In this document: positions 57,269-64,000 of the stretch, piece after piece
Position numbering within the stretch: position 1 is the stretch's first letter
Layout of the letters: the number at the start of each line of letters is the position of its first letter
Assembly (NCBI GenBank): GCA_963695395.1
Contig: CAVOGK010000014.1
Span: forward strand, 64,354 to 128,353
Direction of reading: 5' to 3'
Length of the DNA: 64,000 nucleotides
From: an uncultured Thermoleophilia bacterium
GTDB lineage: Bacteria > Actinomycetota > Thermoleophilia > UBA2241
Notes under the pieces: model-generated
What the model was told of the DNA's origin: nothing
Database searches by the model: none
What the model saw: only the letters and a program-made list of their open reading frames with translations
Program-made: the position numbers and the translations under genes

Positions 57269-58665
57269 ATACCCGCCGTAGCGACGGTATCGAGCGGGGC
57301 GCCGAAGGGACACCGCTCCGCGCCGCCGTCGAAGAGCGTCTCACGCCCGACGCGGCCGGCGGGCTGTACTGGCAGCCGGCCGCCGAGACCCTGCCCACGC
57401 CGCAGCTCCGCACGCTGCAGATGGAGCGGCTCCGCGAGACGCTCGAGAACGCGTACGAGAACGTCCCGTTCTACCGCAAGAAGATGGACGAGATGGGCGT
57501 GAAGCCCGGTGACGTGAGTGGCCGCGCCGACGCCGCCGGCCTGCCCTTCACCACCAAGATCGACCTGCGCGACCACTATCCCTTCGGGATGTTCGCGCGG
57601 CCGCGCGAGGAGATCGTTCGCGTGCACGCGAGCTCCGGTACGACGGGCAATCCGACCACGGTCGGATACACCCGCGCCGACATCGACACCTGGGGCGACC
57701 TGATCGCGCGGACGCTCGCCGCAGGCGGCGTCCATCCGGGCGACCTGTTGCAGAACGCCTATGGCTACGGGCTGTTCACCGGCGGGCTGGGCTTGCACTT
57801 CGGAGCCGAGCGCCTGGGCTGTACGGTCGTGCCTATCTCGGGGGGGAACACGGAGCGGCAGCTCAAGATCATGCGCGACTTCGGCGCGACGGCCCTGAGC
57901 TGCACGCCCTCGTACGCCATGTACCTGGCCGACGCCGCCCGCGACCGCGGCCTGCGTCCGGAGGACCTGCCCATCCGCGTCGGTTTTCACGGCGCCGAGC
58001 CCTGGACCAACGAGCTGCGCCTGCAGATCGAGGCGGGGCTCGGCATCGACGCGCTGGACATCTACGGGCTCTCCGAGATGGGCGGGCCCGGCGTCGGGTA
58101 CGAGTGCCTGTGCAAGGCCGGCATGCACATCAACGAGGACCACTACCTGGCCGAGATCATCGATCCGGAGACGCTGCGGCCGCTGCCGGAGGGCGAGATC
58201 GGGGAGCTGGTGTTCACGACCCTTTCCCGTCAGGCCCAGCCGCTCATCCGCTATCGCACCCGCGACCTCTGCCGCCTGACCTCGGACCCGTGTGCCTGCG
58301 GCCGCACGTCGGCGCGCATGGACAAACCCATCGGTCGCAGCGACGACATGCTCATCATCAGGGGAGTCAATGTCTTCCCGAGCCAGATCGAAGAGGTTCT
58401 GATGAGCATCCCGCGCATCCAGCCGCACTACCAGATCGTCGTCGACCGCAAGGGCTATCTCGACATCATCGAGGTCTGGGTGGAGGTGGGCGAGGACATC
58501 TTCGCCGAGACGATGGGCGACCTGGAGCGATTCCAGCGCAGCGTGCAGGCGCAGATCTACAACGTCCTGAACATCCAGGTCGCGGTCAAGCTCAAGGAGC
58601 CGAAGGCGATCCAGCGCTCGGAGGGCAAGGCGGTGCGCGTGGTCGACCGGCGCAAGGCGCTGTAG
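57265..58665 (+). CDS. paaK: phenylacetate-CoA ligase
   Basis: VPFYRKKMDEMGV...LPFTTKIDLR...HASSGTTGNPT...YGLSE are PaaK motifs. GTGA overlap with the ACT gene. Confidence 0.9.
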   Translation: MNTRRSDGIERGAEGTPLRAAVEERLTPDAAGGLYWQPAAETLPTPQLRTLQMERLRETLENAYENVPFYRKKMDEMGVKPGDVSGRADAAGLPFTTKIDLRDHYPFGMFARPREEIVRVHASSGTTGNPTTVGYTRADIDTWGDLIARTLAAGGVHPGDLLQNAYGYGLFTGGLGLHFGAERLGCTVVPISGGNTERQLKIMRDFGATALSCTPSYAMYLADAARDRGLRPEDLPIRVGFHGAEPWTNELRLQIEAGLGIDALDIYGLSEMGGPGVGYECLCKAGMHINEDHYLAEIIDPETLRPLPEGEIGELVFTTLSRQAQPLIRYRTRDLCRLTSDPCACGRTSARMDKPIGRSDDMLIIRGVNVFPSQIEEVLMSIPRIQPHYQIVVDRKGYLDIIEVWVEVGEDIFAETMGDLERFQRSVQAQIYNVLNIQVAVKLKEPKAIQRSEGKAVRVVDRRKAL

Positions 58666-58678
58666 GAGAGACGGACGA

Positions 58679-58722
58679 GACGGCGGCGGGCCCGGCTGTT
58701 CTCAGCCAGGCCCGCCGCCGTC
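58679..58722 (+). terminator. long GC hairpin after paaK
   Basis: GACGGCGGCGGGCC...GGCCCGCCGCCGTC is a perfect 14-bp stem, extended by GGCTG/CAGCC around a TTCT loop. It begins 14 nt after the stop. No U-tract. Confidence 0.6.
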
Positions 58723-58735
58723 TATGCTGTGCGCC

Positions 58736-59812
58736 ATGCCGTTCCCGCTGCAGACAGCGCGTCTGACGATCCGGCCGCTCACGGCGGCCGACGGCGCCGA
58801 CGTGTACGCCGTCTTCGCCGCCCCGAGAGTCATGTACTTCTGGAACAGCGCGCCGCCGGCGGACCTCGCGGAGGCCGGAGAGTGGGCGGCGCTCCTCGCG
58901 GACATGCAGCGCCGCCTTGGCTTCGCGCAGTGGCATGTGAGCGAGCGGGCCGGCGGACACCTCGTCGGCATCGCCGGCCTGCAGCCACTGGACGGAGGAT
59001 CCGAGGTCGAGATCACGTTCGCGCTCGAGCCGTCGGCGTGGGGGAAAGGCTACGCGACCGAGGCCGGCGCGGCAGTGGTCAAGTACGGCTTCGAAGAGGC
59101 GGGGCTCGACCGCATCGTCGGCATCGCCCGTGAGGCGAACGCCGCCTCGATGACCGTGCTGCACAAGCTCGGCATGCGCTCGCTGGGCGTCGCCGAGTAC
59201 TGGGGCAGGCAGTGGGCCAAGTACGGGCTGTCGTCGCGTGCCTGGCTCGCTGAGAATCGGGCCGCGACGCCGCCGCTGGTCACGCAGCGGCTCGAGCTGC
59301 GCCGCTTCGCGGCGTCCGACCTCAAGCCTTTGCTCGGTGTGTTCGGCGACGCCGCAGTCATGCGCTTCGTCGGCGCCCAACGGCGTCCCCTCGGCGCCGA
59401 CGAGGTCGGCGCATCGCTCGCCGAGGCCGGCGAGCACTGGACCGCCCACGGCTTCGGCCCGCTCGCGGTCGTGGAACGCGCCTCCGGGCGTGTGGTCGGG
59501 GAGATCGGCCTCCAGCTACTGGAGGCCGGTCCGGATGTGGAGCTGACGTGTACGCTGGCGCGGGCTGCCTGGGGTCAGGGATATGCGACTGAGGCTGCGC
59601 GGGCCGTCCTCCTCTGGGCCTTCGCCGGCCTGCGGCTGCCTCGAGTCACCGCCGTCGTGGACCCAGCGAACACGACCTCGTTGCGCGTGCTCGAGAAGCT
59701 CGGCATGACCGCGTTCGGTGAGCGTGATTGCTATGGGTCGCTGCTGGCCGAGCACGGGATGACCCTGGGCGGGTGGCGCGCTCAGGCCGGACCGGCCGGG
59801 ACGCGTCTATAA
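58736..59812 (+). CDS. tandem double GNAT (RimJ/RimL-like) acetyltransferase
   Basis: Two repeats of the pattern TxRLxxRPxxxxD...GxIGL...WGxGYATEA...NxxSxxVLxKLGM. An alternative ATG lies at 58724. Confidence 0.8.
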   Translation: MPFPLQTARLTIRPLTAADGADVYAVFAAPRVMYFWNSAPPADLAEAGEWAALLADMQRRLGFAQWHVSERAGGHLVGIAGLQPLDGGSEVEITFALEPSAWGKGYATEAGAAVVKYGFEEAGLDRIVGIAREANAASMTVLHKLGMRSLGVAEYWGRQWAKYGLSSRAWLAENRAATPPLVTQRLELRRFAASDLKPLLGVFGDAAVMRFVGAQRRPLGADEVGASLAEAGEHWTAHGFGPLAVVERASGRVVGEIGLQLLEAGPDVELTCTLARAAWGQGYATEAARAVLLWAFAGLRLPRVTAVVDPANTTSLRVLEKLGMTAFGERDCYGSLLAEHGMTLGGWRAQAGPAGTRL

Positions 59813-59813
59813 T
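59808..59813 (+). promoter_or_regulatory. putative -10 box TATAAT for leaderless aor
   Basis: TATAAT overlaps the GNAT stop codon and ends 6 nt before ATG 59820. Same CTATAATCGG decamer as upstream of iorA. Confidence 0.4.
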
Positions 59814-59819
59814 CGGAGG

Positions 59820-61769
59820 ATGACCTCACCCTCCTCGACCCTGCGGCCGCTCCGCGGCCTGCGTCTCGACCTCTCCCGGCGGACGGCCAGCGAAGAGCAG
59901 CTGCCCGCCGATGTCGCCCGCGCCTATCTCGGCGGGCGCGGGCTCGGCGCGTATCTGGCGCTCCGCGAGCGGCTGTTCGACGTGGAGCCGTTCGCTCCCG
60001 AGAATCTGCTGATCTTCGCGCCGGGCCCGCTCACGGGGACCGGCGCTCCGGCGAGCGGCCGCTACAGCGTCACCAGCCGCTCGCCGCTCACGGGGACGGT
60101 GTTCGACGGCAACTCCGGCGGCAACTGGGGCAACGCCTTGCGCCGCCTGGGCTGGGACTACCTGGTCGTCGCCGGCGCGCTCGACGAGCCCGGCTACGTG
60201 ACCATCGGACTGGACGGCGCCGGCGAGGCGAGGGTCGCCGGGGCCGCCGCTGAGTCCTTCGACGGCGACGGCGACGCGGCGCTGCGCCCTGCGGCGGAGC
60301 TCTGGGGTCTCGACGTGCCGGCGACGCTCGCGCGCGTGCGCGAGCTGCATCCGAAGTCCGAGGCCGCCGTGATCGGCCCGGCCGGCGAGCGCGGCGTGCT
60401 GTTCGGCAGCATCGTGAACAATCGCGGCCGGTCCATCGGGCGCGGCGGCCTCGGGGCCGTGATGGGATCCAAGCGGCTCAAGGCGCTGGTCCTCAGCGGG
60501 AGTGGCGAGCGCAAGCCGCCGGTCGCCGACCCCGAGCGCCTGGAGTTCATCGTCTACGAGGCCGAGAAGCTCCTGAGGGCCAACCCGATCACCTCCACGG
60601 CGCTGCCGGAGTTCGGCACCTCGGTACTGGTCAACGTGCTCGACCAGGCCGGTGCGCTGCCGACCCGCAACCACCGCGAGGGCCGGTTCGAGGGCGCCGC
60701 GGACATCTCCGGGGAGGCGCTGAAGAAGCACCACGTACAGCGCCGCTCAGCCTGCCGCGGCTGCATCATCGGCTGCGCCCGGCGCACCACCGCCGGCAGC
60801 CAGAGCGGGGAGGGCCCCGAGTACGAGAGTATCTGGGCGTTCGGGGCCGAGTGCGGCGTGAGCGACCTGACGGCGATCGTGCAGGCCAACTACGCCTGCA
60901 ACCGCGCCGGCATGGACACCATCACGATGGGCGTCACCATCGCCTGCGCCATGGATCTCGCGGAAGAAGGCCTCCTGCCCGGCGGCCCTCGGTTCGGCGA
61001 CGCGAGGGCCATCGTCGAGCTCGCTGAAGCCACGGCCGCCGGCGAGGGCCTCGGCGCCGAGCTCGGACTCGGCTCGGCGCGCTTCGCCGCCCTCCACGGC
61101 CGTCCCGAGCTCTCGATGAGCGTCAAGCGACTCGAGATGCCGGCCTACGACCCCCGCGGCATGAAGGCCCAGGGCCTCGCCTACGCGACCAGCAACCGTG
61201 GCGGCTGCCACCTGCGCGCCAACATGCTCGGACCCGAGATCCTCGGGATACCCAAGATGGTCGACCGCTTCGCCACGCTCGGCAAGGCGGGCCTGCTCAT
61301 CAACCTCCAGAACCTGAACGCGATCCTCGATTCGCTGAGCGTGTGCAAGTTCACCGCGTTCGCGATGAAGGAGGACTACTACGCCCGCCAGCTCAGCGCC
61401 GTCTGGGGCGAGACGGTCGAGCCGCAGGAACTGCTGCAGCTCGGCGAGCGCATCTGGAACGCCGAGCGCCTCTTCAATCTCGCCGCGGGCTTCACGCGCG
61501 CCGACGACACACTGCCGCCCCGGCTCCTGCACGAGCCCGTGCCCGCCGGGCCGTCCGCCGGTCAGGTAGTAGACTTGCCGCCGATGCTCGACGAGTACTA
61601 CATCTCACGCGGCTGGGACGCGGGCGGTGTGCCTTCGGCGGCCAAGCTCGAGCGCCTCGGGCTGACCGCGACGGCCGCGGCGGCGGGCGTCGCCGCCGGC
61701 TCGGCCACCGTGCCGGACGAAGCGGCGCGCGCCGGCGCGCGCCCGGAGACCGGAACGACTGCCTCTTGA
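59820..61769 (+). CDS. aor: aldehyde:ferredoxin oxidoreductase (tungstopterin AOR family)
   Basis: YLGGRGLGAYL...FAPGPLTG...SRSPLTG N-domain. CRGCIIGC 4Fe-4S ligands. GLAYATSNRGGCHL pterin-binding motif. Confidence 0.9.
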   Translation: MTSPSSTLRPLRGLRLDLSRRTASEEQLPADVARAYLGGRGLGAYLALRERLFDVEPFAPENLLIFAPGPLTGTGAPASGRYSVTSRSPLTGTVFDGNSGGNWGNALRRLGWDYLVVAGALDEPGYVTIGLDGAGEARVAGAAAESFDGDGDAALRPAAELWGLDVPATLARVRELHPKSEAAVIGPAGERGVLFGSIVNNRGRSIGRGGLGAVMGSKRLKALVLSGSGERKPPVADPERLEFIVYEAEKLLRANPITSTALPEFGTSVLVNVLDQAGALPTRNHREGRFEGAADISGEALKKHHVQRRSACRGCIIGCARRTTAGSQSGEGPEYESIWAFGAECGVSDLTAIVQANYACNRAGMDTITMGVTIACAMDLAEEGLLPGGPRFGDARAIVELAEATAAGEGLGAELGLGSARFAALHGRPELSMSVKRLEMPAYDPRGMKAQGLAYATSNRGGCHLRANMLGPEILGIPKMVDRFATLGKAGLLINLQNLNAILDSLSVCKFTAFAMKEDYYARQLSAVWGETVEPQELLQLGERIWNAERLFNLAAGFTRADDTLPPRLLHEPVPAGPSAGQVVDLPPMLDEYYISRGWDAGGVPSAAKLERLGLTATAAAAGVAAGSATVPDEAARAGARPETGTTAS

Positions 61770-62374
61770 GCTCGGCCGTCCTCGAGCAGTTCCAGGCCAT
61801 CGGCCGCGACCTCTTCGTCGCCGGCGTCATCAGTTCGCACGGCGGCAACCTCAGCGTGCGCATGGGCGACCGCATCCTGATCACTCGGCGAGGGTCGATG
61901 CTCGCCCGTCTCGAGGAGCGCGACATCATCGAGACCGCGCTCGAGGAGAACGACGCGAACGTGATGCTCGCCAGCACCGAGATCAACGTCCACCGGGCCA
62001 TCTACGAGGGGACGGCCGCGCAGGCGATCGTGCACGCGCACCCGCCCTACGCGATCGCCCGTTCGCTCATGTGCGACGAGATCGTCCCCGTCGACAGCGA
62101 GGGGTCGTACCTCCTGCACAAGGTCCCCGTGGTCCACACCGAGCTCACGGCGGGGTCGAAGGAAGTCGCCGAGCTGTTGCCCAGGTGGCTCAAGGAGTAC
62201 GACATCGTGATGCTCCGCGGCCACGGTCCCTTCGCCATCGGCCACCTTCTCGAGGAGGCCTACCAGCTCACCAGCGTTCTCGAGATGGCCTGCCGCATCA
62301 TGACCGTCGCCGACGGGCTCGGCGAGCAGGTCAAGGAGTACCGCAAGGGGTCGGACCGGTACGAGACCTGGTAG
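61766..62374 (+). CDS. class II aldolase/adducin domain protein
   Basis: SSHGGNLSVR...ITRRGS...EINVHRAIY...IVHAHPPY...LRGHGPF metal-His pattern. The TTG start overlaps the aor stop (TTGA). Confidence 0.75.
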   Translation: MSSAVLEQFQAIGRDLFVAGVISSHGGNLSVRMGDRILITRRGSMLARLEERDIIETALEENDANVMLASTEINVHRAIYEGTAAQAIVHAHPPYAIARSLMCDEIVPVDSEGSYLLHKVPVVHTELTAGSKEVAELLPRWLKEYDIVMLRGHGPFAIGHLLEEAYQLTSVLEMACRIMTVADGLGEQVKEYRKGSDRYETW

Positions 62375-62445
62375 ACGGTGTGCCTTCGGCGCACTGCGCC
62401 GCGGACGCCGCCCCCGGATCAGAGCCCGAGCAGGCCGGTGGCCGT

Positions 62446-64000
62446 CTAGCCGCCGGCCGAGCTCGGCGTCGGCTTGGGTGTCGTCGGCGTGGGCTTGGGT
62501 GTCGTCGGCGTAGGCTGGGGTGTCGTCGGCGTGGCCTGGGGCGTGATGGTCTTGGTCGGGGCGGCGGTCGGCGACGCGCTCTCGCTGGCCGACGGCGAGG
62601 CCGACGGCGAGGCGGAGGTCTGCATCTTGCCCTCCCACGGGCTGAACGTCCACGGATAGTACTTGAAGCCCGGGTGAGACTCACCCTTGAGCGCCGCGGC
62701 GAAGAACTTGGCCCACATCGGGGCCGAGTACGTGGCACCGTACGCCGGCATGGCCGAGCGCTCGTCGGCGTCGCCCATCCAGACGGCGGCAGCCAGCTGG
62801 GGGGTGTACCCCACGTACCAGAGGTCGGCTCCGTCCTCGGTGGTCCCCGTCTTGCCGGCACGCGGATACGGGAAGTACGAGCCTGTGGCCGAGCCGGTGC
62901 CCGACGAGGCCACGCGCTCGAGGCACTTCGTGACGACGCTGGCCACGCCGGAGGGGATGGCGCGGCTGCCCTTGGTCTTCGGCTTCCAGTCGACGCGGTA
63001 ACGGCGGCCGTCGGGCACTTCCACGCGGACGATGGGTTGCGGCCTGTGACGGATGCCGCCGGCGGCGAGTGTCGCGTAGGCGTCCGCCATCTCGAGCGGC
63101 GTGACTCCGGACGTGCCCAAGGTGATGGACGGTACGGCGTCGAGCGGGCTGGTGATGCCCATCCGGTGCGCCGTATCCACGGTGTTCTTGGGGCCGGCGT
63201 CGACGCTGAGCTGAGCGTACACGACGTTGTCCGAGATGGTCGTAGCGGCGGAGACGCTCTCGGGGCCGCCGGGCCCGTCGCCGTTGACGACCCACGGCGC
63301 CGCGTAGGCGCCCATGGGAATGATGATGGGGCTCTTGGACGAGTAGTACGTGGTGTCGGGGTTCATGCCCTGCTCGACCGCGTTGGCGAGGACGAAGGGC
63401 TTCATCGCCGAGCCTGGCTGGCGCCTGCCCTGCCAGGCGAGGTTGAACTTCTGCGTCTTGTAGTCGAGGCCCCCGACCATGGTGCGGATGTAGCCGTTGG
63501 CCGGGTCGATGGCGACGAGCGCCGCCGACGGCTTGAAGCCGAAATCGAGCGGCGACATGGTGCTCTTGATGATCTTGATGGCCTCTCTCTGCCATGCCAT
63601 GTCGATGCTCGTGTACACGCGCAGGCCGCCCTCGAAGACGGTGCGCGAGCCGTAGCGCCTGGTGAGCACGCGCGTCACGTAGTCGACGAAGTAGTCGGCC
63701 ATGCTGTTGTTGGTGCTGAGCGGGCGCTTGTACACGCCCAGCTTGCTCGACATGAGCTTGTCGGCGCGGGCCTGGCTGACGTACCCCTGATCGGCCATCA
63801 GCTGGAGGACGATGTTGCGGCGCCGGAGAGCCTGCTTGGGGTCCACCGTGGGGCTGAAGGCGCTCGGCGCCTTGGGCAGCGCGGCGAGCAGCGCCGCCTC
63901 CTTGACGGTGATCTTCGACACGGGCTTGTGGAAATACGTCTGGGCCGCGGCCTGGACGCCGTAGGCGCCGGCGCCGTAGGGCACGGTGTTGAGGTACTCC
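62446..64000 (-). CDS. class A penicillin-binding protein (transglycosylase/transpeptidase), N-terminus outside the window
   Basis: EYLNTVPYGAGAYGVQAAAQTYF (GT51 end), SAMKPF (SxxK), SDN, KTGTT motifs. Pro/Thr-rich tail. The ORF is open at the window edge. Confidence 0.9.
   Translation of the reverse strand, partial: EYLNTVPYGAGAYGVQAAAQTYFHKPVSKITVKEAALLAALPKAPSAFSPTVDPKQALRRRNIVLQLMADQGYVSQARADKLMSSKLGVYKRPLSTNNSMADYFVDYVTRVLTRRYGSRTVFEGGLRVYTSIDMAWQREAIKIIKSTMSPLDFGFKPSAALVAIDPANGYIRTMVGGLDYKTQKFNLAWQGRRQPGSAMKPFVLANAVEQGMNPDTTYYSSKSPIIIPMGAYAAPWVVNGDGPGGPESVSAATTISDNVVYAQLSVDAGPKNTVDTAHRMGITSPLDAVPSITLGTSGVTPLEMADAYATLAAGGIRHRPQPIVRVEVPDGRRYRVDWKPKTKGSRAIPSGVASVVTKCLERVASSGTGSATGSYFPYPRAGKTGTTEDGADLWYVGYTPQLAAAVWMGDADERSAMPAYGATYSAPMWAKFFAAALKGESHPGFKYYPWTFSPWEGKMQTSASPSASPSASESASPTAAPTKTITPQATPTTPQPTPTTPKPTPTTPKPTPSSAGG
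62460..62543 (-). repeat. 21-nt tandem repeat x4 encoding the PTPTTPK-type tail of the PBP
   Basis: TCGTCGGCGT(G/A)GGCT(T)GGGGTG units at 62481, 62502 and 62523, plus a degenerate unit at 62460. Confidence 0.8.

Noticed and set aside
59814-59819. CGGAGG immediately before the aor ATG as a Shine-Dalgarno site.
   Set aside because: Zero spacing to the start codon is incompatible with SD function. The preceding TATAAT makes a leaderless start more plausible.

Overview
Very GC-rich window (about 70% by eye) with actinobacterial-type gene organisation: dense coding, many 1-4 nt start/stop overlaps (GTGA/ATGA/TTGA), and several TAnnnT -10 boxes directly in front of start codons. I support about 58 protein genes. 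I found no rRNA, tRNA, CRISPR array, transposase, integrase or phage genes. Most long ORFs in the track that lie antisense or out of frame to these genes are GC-driven shadow ORFs. Content, left to right: pirin, GNAT, EEP and MBL hydrolases; a broken K+ channel; three SGNH/GDSL hydrolase paralogs, two of them in tandem MBOAT-SGNH (PatA/PatB- or AlgI/AlgJ-like) modules; AlkA-like glycosylase, EamA, ArfB, TauE/DUF1634; an orphan family-5 solute-binding protein; DUF885; a histidine kinase - receiver - Cys-rich miniprotein - GAF-GGDEF cluster facing a catalytically degenerate CbiA/CobB-like protein and a large polytopic membrane protein; NAD salvage (pncB/pncA-like); Rrf2 regulator; GalE; M6 InhA-like protease; TlpA/CcdA; a fused FAD/Fe-S oxidoreductase; NarL-type regulator; rhomboid; PHP phosphatase; lipid kinase; a truncated MttB-like fragment; UDG; a Roadblock/LC7 pair next to a membrane protein with a degenerate GGDEF domain; an iorA-iorB-ACT-paaK operon; a tandem GNAT; tungsten-type AOR coupled to a class II aldolase; and a partial class A PBP. 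The best leads for new biology are the two c-di-GMP-type signalling neighbourhoods (28.7-35.9 kb and 52.3-54.0 kb), the multiplied MBOAT/SGNH envelope-acylation modules, a 51-bp hairpin-bearing tandem repeat after arfB, and a shared CTATAATCGG promoter core in front of iorA and aor. At least six genes are interrupted by apparent single-base insertions. This may reflect assembly errors, so my pseudogene calls are provisional. All family assignments come from motif recognition by eye, not database searches.
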